From Chiloscyllium plagiosum (taxonomy: Eukaryota): a DNA stretch of 64,000 nucleotides. A program made the translations under genes and the position numbers. Shown piece after piece: positions 37,361 to 50,329 of the stretch. The stretch spans positions 17,532,165-17,596,164 of the forward strand of contig NC_057719.1 in assembly GCF_004010195.1 (NCBI RefSeq), written 5' to 3'. Below the pieces are notes generated by a model. The model did no database searches. It saw only the letters and a list, made by a program, of their open reading frames with translations, and was not told the origin of the DNA. How positions within the stretch are numbered: the first letter of the stretch is position 1; each line of letters starts with the position of its first letter.

Positions 37361-38903
37361 CTGTGTGATTCTGAAATAAACTATTTTATTAATATTGGAT
37401 GAGATATAAATATTCACCAGGATACCAGAAAGAATTCCGCTGCTCTTTTGGAAAATAACACCATCGGGCCATTCACCTCCATGTGGAACGGGGCCTTGGT
37501 TTAGCATCTCATCTGCAAGGCAGCACCTCTGACAGTGCAGCACTCCCCCTGGTGCTGCACTGAGCTTATCATTCTCGAAAACATCAAGCAGAGACAGCAG
37601 AAGGTCGGGCAGCTGCAATGCTTGCGTTCCTGTGTGGAACTGCGGTCATGTCCACCAAAAGACAAACTTACCCCCACCCATCGGGGCAAAATTCAGCCCT
37701 TTGTTAGCTAGTTGAATGATTTTAACTGAGGCCATCACGTCTGATATTTTATGATAATCAACAAATGAAAATGTTCAAAATGAGTGAAGAAGAAACTCTT
37801 TCTTGTGCTTTGCCGTTTGCTGGTTCATCACTAATTCCTGGAGGCTCCAGAAAAATCCTGAAGGGCTGACAGATCATGGAGGGTAGGGAGAAATCGAGGG
37901 GTTAAAAAAGAAAGCTGGCTACATGCAAACTCCTTAAACCTTGATGTTCACGGCCTGATATTCAATGTTAAATGTGTCAAACTAAACCAGTGTTACAGAA
38001 AATTCCGATCATCAATGGTTGTTTAATGATTTGTAGACTCTGATTAGTATTTAATAGTCACAGGCTGGTTATAACACGGTTTAATTTGGATGTGTTCAGC
38101 CTTTAAATGGGGTTACATTGCCTCATCTGCTTAATATGCAAATTCAGATCTATGTGAGTCATTTTCAGCTCCCAAGCATTTCCAGATAAGAGGATTTCAC
38201 TGCATCTATTTTTCCTTGCTGCAAAAATCCAGTTAGCACCAGTAAAAATTGGCATGAACTTGATTTTGAATGGTGTTGAGCTGCAAAACTCAAATCCAGT
38301 TGCAACAACTCCACTGCGTAGTTATTTAGATAAGACACAAGCAAATGACAGTTCAAACCGTTGGAATGGCCACACCAGCACACACTGGCATAGGCCAGGA
38401 TTCACTGCTGAATAGCCTCAATGCCAGTGAGTCTAACAGGCTGGTTTAAATGAACCTCATGGCTGTTTACATTGAAGAGTGCTTGGGAAACAGACGGTGC
38501 ACAGTTGTGAATTACTGGGGAGCAACCAGTAATTCAGGTGTCATTCTGGAGCACAAAATCAGGTTGAGTAAAATACTGAAGGAATGCTACCACGGTTGAA
38601 AATGATGTTGCTGGGTGCAATGTTAAACTGAGGACCTGCTTGCACCTTCAGGTTGGTGTAAGAGATCTCCTAGCACTAGTAGGAAGAAGGGAATTTTGCC
38701 AAGTCTCAGTCCAACAGCAGGAATGCTTCCAACTTGCAGGACTGACTTTACTGGCTCCTCCAGTATATTACTGATGAAAATAGTATGCAGCCTTGAAGAG
38801 AAAAGGTTATCAAATACAGGCAGAGAATGGGACATAGGTTACATACTGTAGCAGGTCAAAACACACTGAATCAACAACTGGTTAGACCACTTTTGGAATA
38901 CTG

Positions 38904-39022
38904 GTGCTGGAAGAGCACAGCAATTCAGGCAGGGCCTGTCCTCGGATGCTGCCTGAATTGCTGTGCTCTTCCAGCACCACTAATCCAGAATCTGGTTTCC
39001 AGCATCTGCAGTCATTGTTTTT
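38904..39022. mobile_element. Short fold-back PLE-terminal derivative with 18 bp TSD
   Basis: Perfect inverted arms GTGCTGGAAGAGCACAGCAATTCAGGCAG / CTGCCTGAATTGCTGTGCTCTTCCAGCAC. ACCACTTTTGGAATACTG is repeated at 38886-38903 and 39023-39040. Confidence 0.85.
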
Positions 39023-39149
39023 ACCACTTTTGGAATACTGCATGTAGAAGGCACAATTCAGTGTGATGCTGTACCTCCACCCCCCCCCCCCACCCCCCCC
39101 ACCCCCTCACCTCCCCCATATGCCTGGAGGGGTGCAGCTTCAAAAACAC

Positions 39150-39540
39150 TTGAGCAAAAAAAACAGCCTGCTTGATTGTATCCAACTCCCACCTCCAACA
39201 TTTACTGCCTTCATCAACAATGTCCAATATACCAAAAACACTCTGCGCCATCTCACCTGATCACACCTTCCAAACACACAGTCTCTGTCACCTACAAAGG
39301 GCAGCAGATGAATGGGAGCACCAGCATTAGCAAGGTCCCCTCCAAGCCACTTGCCATCCTGACTTGGAAATTTCGCTATTCCTTCTCTGCCACTGGGTCA
39401 GAATCCCTCCCCTGGCCCAGTGGGACAGCCCAGGAGGTCACCAGTTGAAGAAAACAGCCCACCTCCAGTTCTCCAGGGCAATTAGGAATGGACAGTAAAT
39501 GCAGGCCTAGCCAGCAATTCCCATATCTCATGATCAAATA
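39150..39540 (+). mobile_element. 3' end of shark CR1/L2-group LINE
   Basis: CCAAGCCACTTGCCATCCTGACTTGGAAAT...GGGCAATTAGGAATGGACAGTAAATGCAGGCCTAGCCAGC. Confidence 0.7.
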
Positions 39541-39896
39541 AAACCAAACATTACTTTCTCTGTTTTTCACAAATCTTTTAGGCAATGAAAGATAATTGCA
39601 AACTTATTTTTAAGACCATTAGAACTGGAACCTTGCATTCTGAAGGGGACACAATCTGTATAGTGGCATTCTGTTTTCCAATCTGGTGTCAAAGTCATTT
39701 TTTAAACAGATACCATTTCAGTGAGGGCTTTAGTTTGTTGATTTATGCTGCTTGTGTTTTTTTTTCAGTCTGTACTCAATACGTTGAAAAGAGATATTCA
39801 AATCTATTGCAGCGAATGCAAGTAAAAAAGTGGTAATATTCCTGAGATGGTGAGAAAGTATCAAGTCATTCCACCCATCAAAACCATCCTTTCACA

Positions 39897-40402
39897 TTTG
39901 ATTTGATTTGATTTATTGTAGTCAGGAGTACCTCCGGTACGGTGAAAAGCTTTGGCTGTGAGCAGTACAGGCAGATCATAGCAAACAAGGACATACAGAT
40001 CATAAGGTGCTTAGAGTGAAGTATACAGGTTACAGTGCACAGGAGGTGCACCAAGCAAGAACAACATAAAAAGATCAACATTACTTGAAGTCCAAGAGTC
40101 CATTAACCAGTCAAATGCAGCAGGAAAGAAGCTGTTCTTGAACCTGCTTGTGCAAGTATTCGAGCTTCTGTGTCTACTACCTGACGAAAGAGGTTGTAGG
40201 AGAGCATTACTGGGGTGGGAGGGGTATTTGATGATGTTGGCAGTCTTTCCACGGTAACGAGAAGTGTAAATGGAGTTCCTGGATGGGAGGTTGGCTTCTG
40301 TGATGGTCTGGGCTGTGCACACAAACTTCTGTAGTTTTCACAGTCCTGGGCAGAGCAGTTGTCATACCAGGCCATTATACACCTGGAGAGTAGACTTTCT
40401 AT
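39897..40402 (-). mobile_element. Rex1/Babar-type LINE 3' fragment
   Basis: IESLLSRCIMAWYDNCSAQD, then TAQTITEANLPSRNSIYTSRYRGKTANIIKYPSHP...SRFKNSFFPAA; (AATCA)n tail. Confidence 0.85.
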
Positions 40403-41443
40403 ACCAGCTGCAATCCAAATCATCGCCTGATGTAAAGTTCTGTTAAATTTTTCTGAAGCCGCAAAGATAGTCAAGGTGAAGGACAAATACCAGCATGAAA
40501 TTGATGGACCAAGTAATTATTTCTATTCCATGATGTGGCAAGAAAATTGATGAGTGTGGTAAAGGAATCAGATGATAGTCCAGTATCTCACTACTGTTGT
40601 GGCCTGATGAGGAGGGATAATTCACTCACCTTTATTTAACCTCCTCTTGGTCAGTCACAGCAAACTGTTTTACTTTTTAACATATAGTCATCACACCTCA
40701 ATTAAACTCCATTAACCAGATAAAAAATGAAGGAGAGACAATTCAAGTTTTCCTTGAGTGAAAGAGAGTGGAGCTTTAATATCACTAAATCCAAGAAAAA
40801 CAAGAAAATGAGACATCAAACATACACACAGGTAATAAAATATTAAAAGCAAGAGAATATTGTCTGGTACAGACAGGGTAAAGAAAGAAAATGCAGTTGC
40901 AGATCCATAAGAATGAAAAGACCTCAGTCCAACCATTTGGCTGCCATCTTGTTTCTTCAATAATGAAGCTGGAGTTCTCAGTGAATGGTTGTTGTTGTCA
41001 TTCCAAGTTGCTTTTCATTGACTAGTTAATGAGCATTAGAGAAGGAGAGGAAGAGAAGATCTTGAAGCATTCTTGCTGTTATCAGTCCATGTTGTTTATT
41101 CTTTTCTGTCTTCCTCAAAGACTGTTGTTGGTGTACAGTTCCTTTGTGGATTTTGGCACCGATGACTGCAGCCTGAATTTTCCCAAAATTTCCATGTGTC
41201 AATTGTAGGGAATTTCATAGCGGATTTCTCTGTGAGAAATAAAATTTTATGAAATGAAATCTAATGAAATTTTACATTGCTTACTTCATTAAGTGTGTGC
41301 CCTCACCTCCATGGTGCAGCTCTTGTACAATCTTGCATTCAGTAGTGGCTGAAATATTCATCCAGCATTCACAACATATCCATATTTAAACCCCAGCTGT
41401 TTCAAATACCACAATATCTGATTTAACAATAGTGTTAGCATAT

Positions 41444-41785
41444 GGGGCAGTACAGTGGCTCAGTGGTTAGCACTGCTGTCTCACAGCACCAGGGACCCAG
41501 GCTTGGTTCCAGCCTCAGGTAACTGTGTGGAGTTTGCACATTCTCCCAGTGTCTGTATGGGTTTACTCCGGGTGCTCCGGTTTCCTCCCACAGTCCAAAG
41601 ACATGCAAGTTTGGTGGATTGGCCATGCTAAATTGCCCAAAGTGTTCACGGATGTGTCGGTTAGGTGCATTAGTCAGAGGTGAATATAGGGTAGGGTAGG
41701 AGAATGGGTCTGTGTGGGTTACTCTTTGGAGGGTCGGTGTGGACTTGTTGGGCCAGAGAGCCTGTTTCCACATTGTAGGGAGCCT
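41444..41785 (+). mobile_element. HE1-like V-SINE
   Basis: GGGGCAGTACAGTGGCTCAGTGGTTAGCACTGCTG head, V core and CR1-like tail. Confidence 0.92.
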
Positions 41786-42537
41786 ATATTAAAAAAAAAA
41801 GGGTCAGTGTGTGCCCTAAGTCTGGAGGTACATGCAATAGTGCCACAAAAAGGTTCATGATCTTCTGTGCTCCTCAAGGGTATGTGCCACCATCTTCTAC
41901 CTTACACTCACTTTTATTCTGCCATCGCACCCATCCCCCGCCAAGGCTCCTGGTCTATCACTCCCATTATAGCATGCAATGTATTCCCTCAATGGCTGCC
42001 ACCTATGACATCTCTGCAAACTTTTCCTGTTCTTTATGCTTCCTACTCATTCACTTGGGACACCTCACCAGCTTTCATGACTGAGGTTGGACCAGCCTCC
42101 TGACTGAACATGGTCCCCTTTGACTGGACTAAAGACTGTTCCCCTTAGACTTTCAAACATGGCATTTTGTTTGCCACGTAAGCTGCTGGCACATTCTGTA
42201 GGTGATGTTGCTTTGTGCTGATCAGCAATATGCCCACGCCCTTGATAGTTTAGGGTAAAGCTGACAACTTGTCTGGCATTCTGTGCCAAAAGGCAGAAAT
42301 ACCGTGACCATTCCAGTAAGTACAAAGTGAGTGAACACTAAGAAAGCAAGCTAGAATTCTGAGTTGGACCTTGAGATCGTTTGCTGTCCCTGCAAACAAA
42401 GTTACCTGGCAGCTGCATTGCAACAAAAGCTGTTGGTGAGCTCCAAACTGCAGTAGTGAATTGTATTCTAATTCCCCCATTGGCCATGGCACATTGTCTC
42501 TAAGACAGCAAGTGTTTACAATGCAGAGTCTGTATGA

Positions 42538-42828
42538 GGGCAGCACGGTGGCTCAATGGGTATCAATGCTACCTCAAAGTGCCAGGAACCTCAGGCGACT
42601 GTCTGTGTGGAGTTTGCACGTTCTCCCTGTGTCTGCGTGCGTTCCCTCAGGGAGCTCCAGTTTCCTCCCACAGTCCAAAGGTGTGCAGGTGAATTGGCCC
42701 TGGGACATGCAGGATTACAGGGATAAGGTAGGGGGGGTGGGTCTGGATGAGATGCTCTTCAGAGGGTCAGTGTGGACTCAATGGACCGAATGGCCTGCTT
42801 CCACTCTGTAGGGATTCTATTATTCTAT
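42538..42828 (+). mobile_element. V-SINE (HE1-related)
   Basis: GGGCAGCACGGTGGCTCAATGG...GGAGTTTGCACGTTCTCCCTGTGTCTGCG...(ATTCTAT) tail. Confidence 0.88.
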
Positions 42829-42864
42829 GGATCCTCACACACAAGATGAGAAGATATTCAGTGG

Positions 42865-43205
42865 TCAAGTTGTGGTAATGTCACTGGACTAATCATCCAG
42901 AGTTAATGTGCTGGGGGGTGTGCATTCAAATCCTTCCAAGAAAGATGGGGAGGTGTGAATTCTACAAAAGACCTGGAATTCAAAGTTGCTTGTGTGGTGA
43001 CCATGTAACTACTGTCGATTGATGTTAAAACCCCAACTGGTTCACTACTGTCCTTTAGGGAAGAAAATCTGCTTTCCTAACCAGATCTGGCCTACATGTG
43101 ACTGCAGGCTCTTTGCAATGTGATTGACTCTTAACTGCCCTCTGGGTAATTAATGATGAGTAGTAAATGCTGGCCTAGCCAGCGACACCTATGTCACATG
43201 AATTC
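42865..43205 (+). mobile_element. tRNA-derived SINE (second family)
   Basis: GTGGTAATGTCACTGGACTAATCATCCAGAG...TTGACTCTTAACTGCCCTCTG...GCTGGCCTAGCCAGCGAC. Partial copies at ~50005-50230 and ~55150-55310. Confidence 0.75.
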
Positions 43206-43525
43206 ATGGAAAATATAGGTCAAAGCTCCAATGATGGGTTTGGGGTTTGAGAGGCTCTTGGAAACAATGGTCTCATTGAAACTTTCTTGGTACCAGATCA
43301 GGATCACTAATGAACGTGAGAAGGAGGATTCTCAGGTTTGTAGAAAAACCTGTAGTACTACACATCTCCAAGCTACAGTGAGGTGGCTGACAAGGAGCAG
43401 ACATCTTAACAATCATAGCAACACAGTATCCAATGGAATGTGTGCCATTTGGGCCAAGTGTGATGCCACCTTCTGTGAGGGCATAACTTCGACTTGTGTG
43501 GAGAAACATGTCAGGGTTTTTTTTA

Positions 43526-43806
43526 AGATTACTTACAGTGTGGAAACCGGCCCTTCGGCCCAATAAGTCCACACCAACCCTCCAAAGCACAACCCACCCA
43601 GACCCATACCCCTATATTTACCCCTTCACCTAACACTACGGGCAATTTAGCATGGCCAATTCACCTAACCTGCACATTTTTGGATTGTGGGAGGAAACCC
43701 ATGCAGACGCAGGGAGAATATGCAAACTCCAAACAGTCACCTGAGGCGGGAATTGAACCCGGGTCTCTGGCGCTGTGAGGCAGCAGTGCTAACCACTGTG
43801 CCGCCC
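43526..43806 (-). mobile_element. HE1-like V-SINE
   Basis: Reverse-complement head GGGCGGCACAGTGGTTAGCACTGCTGCCTCACAGCGCCAGAGACCCGGGTTCAATTCC. Confidence 0.92.
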
Positions 43807-44109
43807 ACCATGAAGCATCCCTTCACTAAGGATGTGGACTTACTCTCACTGATCTCATGGATCTGCTGTATGCTTGAGGAAGCCAAGCAGAGGTCAAACC
43901 TGTACTTCTTGCGGTCCTATCACTGCAGAAGGCAGCGGAGGTAACTCTTTCGGTAACAACAGCAGCAGCCACTGCTGGTTGCCGTATAGCCTGCAGAGGG
44001 ACAAACAGCAGGACAAGCGGCATCACAGAGGAAGAGAGCTCTTGTGCTCAATGCAGCCATCTACAGGCTTCGATTAGCTGTCCACAAGTGATGAGAGTCC
44101 GCACAGAAG

Positions 44110-44690
44110 ATGACTAAGGATGTCCTGACCCCTCTGGTCACAAGTCTGGATGGCAGACTTATTTTGGAGCTCTTAATTTCTTTGTCACTAGATCACTTCA
44201 GGGAGTTACGGTGGACCTCTATGCATCTCACAGTCTCAATGTGTAAGTGCCTCCACACTATCACTGACTATTTCTTTGGAAAGATCCACCAATTAATCTC
44301 TTCCTTGATGGGGGACATCTATGGCATGGTCAGTTTCCTGTTGGAGCAGGGAGGAATCAATTGCACCCAGATAGCTGTCAGAGTGCCCTATCCGGAACGC
44401 CCAGTCTTCGTGCTCCTATAATATTCAAATCATTAGATTATCAGCCAGATAATGCAGTTCGGTGCGAGATATCCTGGGAGCTGCAATAACTCCTCTATCC
44501 TGGACCAGACAGAGGTGCCAACCCCTTTGAAAAGCTCACAAGTATTGTTGCTGGGTGACAAGGGATGATGCATTCACCCCTGACTGATGGCCCTTCCATT
44601 AAATCCTCCTACTGCTGCCACCAATGAACCATGCAATGCTGCCCATACTTCTCAGCAGTGTTGCTGTAGTTTTGGAGCAGCAAACGAGAG
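44110..44690 (+). pseudogene. Decayed PIF/Harbinger (HARBI1-like, DDE_Tnp_4) transposase
   Basis: SMCKCLHTITDYFFGKIHQLI...YGMVSFLLEQGGINCTQIAVRVP (cf. GAIDCTHV.I.AP). From 44452: MQFGARYPGSCNNSSIL...LLLGDKG*CIHP*LMALP...CNAAHTS (cf. YPGS.HDS, WLLGDKGY, WLMTP, YN.AH). Confidence 0.85.
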
Positions 44691-44859
44691 AGCCTTGAGG
44701 ACATCATTGCAGTAGGCAGAATGGAGATACATAACACTACCTGCAGATGGTAAACCAAAACATAACTGGGATGTGACAAGAAACTGAGATGTAAGGACGA
44801 GGAGCAGGATGAAGGAAGAGGGTACCGTTATCTTCAATGGTTCAGCCCTGCTACTGGCC

Positions 44860-45435
44860 AAGCCTAGGTCGGAGTCACTTCAACAACGGTGAACAGCATC
44901 TCCTCCATAGCAATCAGGACATCAGCACTGCCAGGCCCCCACTAGTTAAGTCCTGCTGCCTCTGGGTGTGTGCCAGTGAGTGGGAAATGTGTTAGTGAGC
45001 GTGTTGCAATGTGTTTGGGTGATGTTGCTAGCATGTTTTAATATCTGGCAGTGTGCACAAACTGTGAGATGTGGAGGTGAGGCATTGTAGCAAGGCTGAA
45101 TGTGTGGGGGTGAGGTGAGGCTATGACTGTGAGGTATGAGTTGTTTTCAATTGGAATTCTCAGGAAGTAAATGATTGGGGCTGTGTCTGAGCTATGGTCT
45201 ACTTAGTAGGACTCATATGAAAATGCATTCACTGACCCTGGCCATTCACATGTGGTCATTGTACAGCTTGCAGTGCTGTATCCAGGACTTTAGGGCTAGA
45301 GTACTGCATTGACCATGATAGCGATATGCTTCCACTGCCTTTACAGTGGCCTCATCTTGATGGAGGACATTCCCCTCCTCACCAGCTCCTATACCAATGC
45401 CTCCAATGTAGCTTCCAAGAATCTTGGTGCATATT
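44860..45435 (-). pseudogene. Decayed Harbinger Myb/SANT-like partner gene
   Basis: Minus ~45430-45235 reads APRFLEATLEALV*ELVRR...RQWKHIAIMVNA..SWIQHCKLYND..MAR|gtcagt. A possible exon-2 remnant (ADVLIAMEEMLFTVV) lies at ~44860-44940. Confidence 0.65.
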
Positions 45436-47174
45436 CTTCTCCGATGTGCTGTTAGTGTAAGTTTGACTACTTTCCTCGGCATTTCTAACATTTACTGTAA
45501 CATGAATGCACCTTCCCTTTAAGAGGTGCAGGCTAATTTTAATTGGTTCTATCCTGGCAAGAACATGGGTCTCCTGCTGAGGTGTGCAGCCACTCGACAG
45601 CACTTTGAGCACTGGGCTGCGTGTTGCAATCATTTTAAATTACCAGCCTGCACAAAGTTTCTGTGATCATTGCACAGACATTTGGGGGCTATCCAGCCTA
45701 CGCATCTCTTGTTTTTGCGAGACTGCACTCCAGTCTTGCATTTAAAGCAAGTTCCTACAGTTGATCCCAAACAGGCTACATTTCTTTTTTTCTGAGGGTT
45801 GCCATTCGAAAGAAAAGCAACGTGTATCCTCCAAATCTTTTATCAATTCGACTTCATAATGGACGTGAAATCAATTTCCAATTTGCATGAAAGGACTTTC
45901 ATTTCGCCCTGTCAATCTGTCATCAGCTTTAAATGCAACGTTAAAAAAAGAACACGGCGATCATTTATTCTGGAAGATTCAGAATTGTGAGTGTGAGTGT
46001 GGGTTTGCAAATGCAGTCGTTTATGTCGGTCGGATAACAACACAGCCTCGTCCACCTTGGACAAGAAGCTTTGCACTCTGATACCGGGTGACTTAAACCG
46101 TTAGAAATCCCGTTTGAATAGCAAGGGGGGGGCAATCTCATATACATACACGCACATATATAGACACATACACACACACACACAAATTAGTACCTGCACT
46201 CTGGAAGCGGAAGTTTTTAACTATTCTCACAAAATCACAGCAGGCAGATTTGCTACGTTTACATGGCCACGGATAATCTAATTTGGCACAGCTGCTAATG
46301 CAGTAGCAAAAGTGCGTTAGTGATTTGCTGTGTAAACGGGCTATCAGACTGGTCCTCAGCAAAGTGGCAATAAAATGTGTTCAGTATCATTCCTCACCTT
46401 AATAAGCAGCAGGAAAAATAGAACTGAAACTTGTACCAATTTCAATTTACTGATTCAGCTGTTACAATTTTATGCTCTATACTAATGAGCTCTATCAAAG
46501 AAAAATCACCCAGACTTTTACAGCTGCTATTAAGCTCTATGTAAATGATATTCTGTTATTCTTCTCACTTGGGTTGTGGCAGGCAGTATGATGTAAATGA
46601 TGCAATTCATGTCATTCATGTCCAAGATAAATAGGCTTAAAATGGTGTGCTGTTCTGAAAAGTAATAGCTGGCTTACTGTATAAGGTGTTCCTCAACATA
46701 TCCCCCTCTACTTGAAATTCACATCACAGTTTAGCTGCAAGATTTATGACATTGGTAAGGGTGAGCATATTTTACCTCAGAGGTATATTTATGGAATTTA
46801 TTTAATAATAATGCAAAATACATCTGTGGTGTTTAGAGCTCCTCTAATATGAAGGAAACAAGTGCAAACTAGTCAGCACAAAATGGACTAGAATAATGTT
46901 ACAGGTTGTATTCAATACTCGCCTGTAGCAGAAACTATAGGCTTTTCAAAACATTAACCTGAAGCAAGGAACTATAATGTTCAGTGAATATATTCTACAT
47001 CCCCATATTATGGACTGTACCAAATTTAGTTCCATGATTTAATCAATCTTAACACAACTCTATGACAGAAACCTTTAATAATCTGGACTTCTGTTTGCAA
47101 TGCCCAATGACATCTATCAGATCCAATGCTAATTCTGCACTGTTTACTGTTCAAGTCGACTTCACTGATGTAGC

Positions 47175-47590
47175 AACATAGGAACAGAAGGCAGCCATTC
47201 AGCTCCTCAATTCCGCTATTGAATAAGTTCATGGCTGATCTGCGGCCTAACTCCATACACCTGCCTTTGTCCCACATGCTGTAAAATCTTTGTTCACAAA
47301 CATGTCTCGATATCCGATTAAAAATTAATAACTGATCCGATATCAATTGCTGTTTGTGGAAGAGAATTCCAAACATCTAATCACCTTTTGTGTGTAGAAA
47401 TGCTTCCTAACATGTCTCCTGAATGGAGTGAACTAATGTTTAGACTTCACCCTTCACTCTAGAATCTCTGACCAGTGAAAATACTTTGCCCTTATCTACC
47501 CTGTCCTTTCCAGTTAACATCTTGAAATCTTCAATCAGATCACCCCTTAATCTTCTAAATGCAAGAGAAACCAGACCTAATTTATATAAC
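47175..47590 (-). mobile_element. CR1 3' fragment
   Basis: AACATAGGAACAGAAGGCAGCCATTCAGC terminus; CAGATCACCCCTTAATCTTCT encodes RRLRGDL on the minus strand. Confidence 0.8.
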
Positions 47591-48469
47591 GTCATCACAA
47601 TTTATTGGAAATCTCAAACAAAAATGAAATTGCTGTAGAAACTGGCAGCATCTGTGGAAAGGAAACACAGTTAATGTTTCAAGTCCAGTAATTCTTCTTC
47701 AGCTCTGAGGAAGCATCGCTTGACTGGAACATTAATTCTGTTTTTTGTCCGCAGATGCTATCATTCTTGCAAACCTATGTTGTATGTTATCCACGGCCAA
47801 TATGTGCTTCCTAAGGTCCCATAGTGCTGCTTAGAAGAGTAGCAGAAAAGATCTACCAGTGTATTGAGTCGTATTTATCCCTTAACCACTAAAAGGCATT
47901 AGAATAGCTAGTTATTTATCTCAACATTAGGGGAATAAGTAGTTTAGATCAAGAGTAACTATTTGTCCCATTAGGGAGTCTCAGACTAGGTGTGATAGAC
48001 CAAAAATTAGAGTCAAACTGTTCAGGAGTGAAATTAAAAAGACAGCTACAAAGTCTATGTGATAGACGTTGGCAACTAAATAGCGACTGGTGCTGGATTC
48101 ATTGTTAATGTTAAATCTGGGATTGATCAACTTCATTATCCAGAGATTTTGAGAGATACGGGGCAAGGGCAGATGCATGGAATTAGCTGGGATCTCATTG
48201 AATGACAGATTAAACTCGAGCTATTCCTGTTGCTGTGTGGCTAGTGGAACTTTAGCATATGCAAATTGGCTGGTGTTTGCGCCTAATGATCAGAGTCATT
48301 GGCAACGATAGTCTCACAGCATGGTTGCATGTGGATAGTAATGTACCATTGTGTTCTGTTTATGTATTGTTTCTGTTGACTGTGTACATTGACAATTGGC
48401 TCATTCTGGAGGGAGTTATGTTCAGATTGATTAGTTCAGAGAACAGAGGAAAGCCACAAAGGGAATACT

Positions 48470-48995
48470 GATTCTGGTCTCCTTCCTATTGGAAGGATAT
48501 TGTGAAACTTGAAAGGGTTCAGAAATGATTTACAAGGATGTTGCCAAGGTTGGAGGATTTGAGCTAGAGGGAGAGGTTGAATAAGCTAGGGCTGTTTTCC
48601 CTGGAGTGTCAGAGGCTGAGGGATGACCATATAGATGTTTATAAAATCATGAGGGGCATAGATAGGATAAATAGACATGGTCTTTTTCCTAGGGTGGGAA
48701 AGTCTAGAACTCGATGGCATAGGTTTGGGGTGAGGGGCAAGACATAAAAGGGACCTAAAAAGCAACATTTTCACGCAGAGGGTAGTGCATGTTTGGAATG
48801 AGCTGCCAGAGGAAGTGATGGAGGCAGGTACAATTCAAACACTTAAAAAGCATCTGGATGGATTTTTGAATAGGAAGGGTTTAGAGGGATATGGACCAAG
48901 TGCTGGCAAATGGGTTTAGGTTAGGTTAGAATATCTGGTCAGCATGGACGAGTGGGACCATAGGGTCTGTTTCCGTGCTGTACATCTCTATGACT
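48470..48995 (+). mobile_element. CR1 LINE 3' fragment
   Basis: FWSPSYWKDIVKLERVQK*FTRMLP...LGLFSLECQRLRDDHIDVYKIMRGIDR; tail TACATCTCTATGACTATG. Confidence 0.92.
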
Positions 48996-50329
48996 ATGAT
49001 GGGATAATAAAATGATTAAAGAAGCGACAAATGAAATTTATGGTATTTTTCAAAATGGTGGTATTTGCCACCACTACCAGTGTGTGGCATTGGGTAAGGT
49101 TTGAGGTAGACCACAGCCAGAAGTCCTCCTTTGTCTTTGCATTGCCAATCATTTATCTAATAATTAATGGTAGAGAATAACCTAGTATCTACAGAAGGGA
49201 CACTTTCGGAGATAACAAGTACTATTGTGTGGCAGCAAAAGTACAACTACATTTGGTCAGGCATACTCTCTTCTTCTAGTTCTCTATCTCGGTGCTAGGT
49301 TCTGTGAAGCAAAGGACAGAGAGTATTTCAGTGGTTCAGTGATTGGAGCTTATGGTTTACTTTCCTTTAAAAGCTATCCGCATCTTACACCAACAGAAAT
49401 ACACTCTATTTAGTGACAATCAGACAGTTTTAAGAACTGATGAAACCAATGTCAATGTACTTAAGCCATAAGTATTCCGTGGGTTGGTTGAGCTTAGCAC
49501 AGTGTTTCAACTAAATTAGATACCCTTGACTCTCAGCATCCTTTGCCCACATAAAACAATGCCGCTGTTACCGACTTCTCAAATTCCCCCCAAAATAATA
49601 AGCAGTTAAAATGCTAAAGAGTTTGGTTTGCATACTCATTAACTTTAGAATTGCTGCAGGTTATCACTTACATCAGCTGTTTATTTAAGTCCACAAACTA
49701 AATGAATGTTGACTGCACTGATTACTGTTCATTAACTCTAATGTTTGTCTTCAACCTGACGGTACACCCTTACAGGTAGGTTTTGTGCGCTTTTAAAGTG
49801 GAAAAACCCAGGATCACGTGTCGTATATGAGCAGAAATCTAAGAGCTCGAGACCTCTTTGTGTGCATCTCCTACTTTTCCCGATCTTGTAAATCCAACAC
49901 ACTGGGCTATGCTGGTCACTGCTGAGTCACTTTGGTCATTGCTGGGCAGTATTAATCTGCACCAGTTTACTCTGCAAAGGAACGTATTGGATAGAGTGGG
50001 CTTTGAGGGGAGATGGTGATGCTGAGGCAAATGTCCCAGTAATCCAGAAACCCCCCATCCCCACCAGCTAATTCTTTGAGGACTTGGGATTGAATCCCAC
50101 TGTGGCAGCTTGTGGGACTTCAATTTAATTGGAAGCCAGTCGAAGTAGTGTGAACTATTCCAGTCTTTTACCTGTTGGTAGCTAAAGATAAAAGGAGGGT
50201 GGAAGAGTGACTTGCCCATCTTGACCTGTTTAAGAGCCTACTTTCTGTCAGCCAATCACAATGACTTTCAGCAAGCTAGTGAATAATAAAGGGCTAACTC
50301 TAGGTACTCAGCAGTAAACTGAAGGAAGT

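Larger units (their letters stand above)
35772..37565 (-). mobile_element. Deu-domain SINE (SacSINE1-like) split by a CR1 insertion
   Basis: Tail half 35772-~35910 (ACTTTGCATTTATGTAACAGCTTTC...CATCCCAAAGTGCT). Core half ~37385-37565 (GGGGCCTTGGTTTAGCATCTCATCTGCAAGGCAGCACCTCTGACAGTGCAGCACTCCC). Confidence 0.7.

Noticed and set aside
39078..39106. Poly-C tract / G-quadruplex
   Set aside because: A simple homopolymer between repeat fragments with no supporting context.
42150..42335. Possible further Myb/SANT remnant ending in a GTGAGT donor
   Set aside because: Too degenerate to support by eye.
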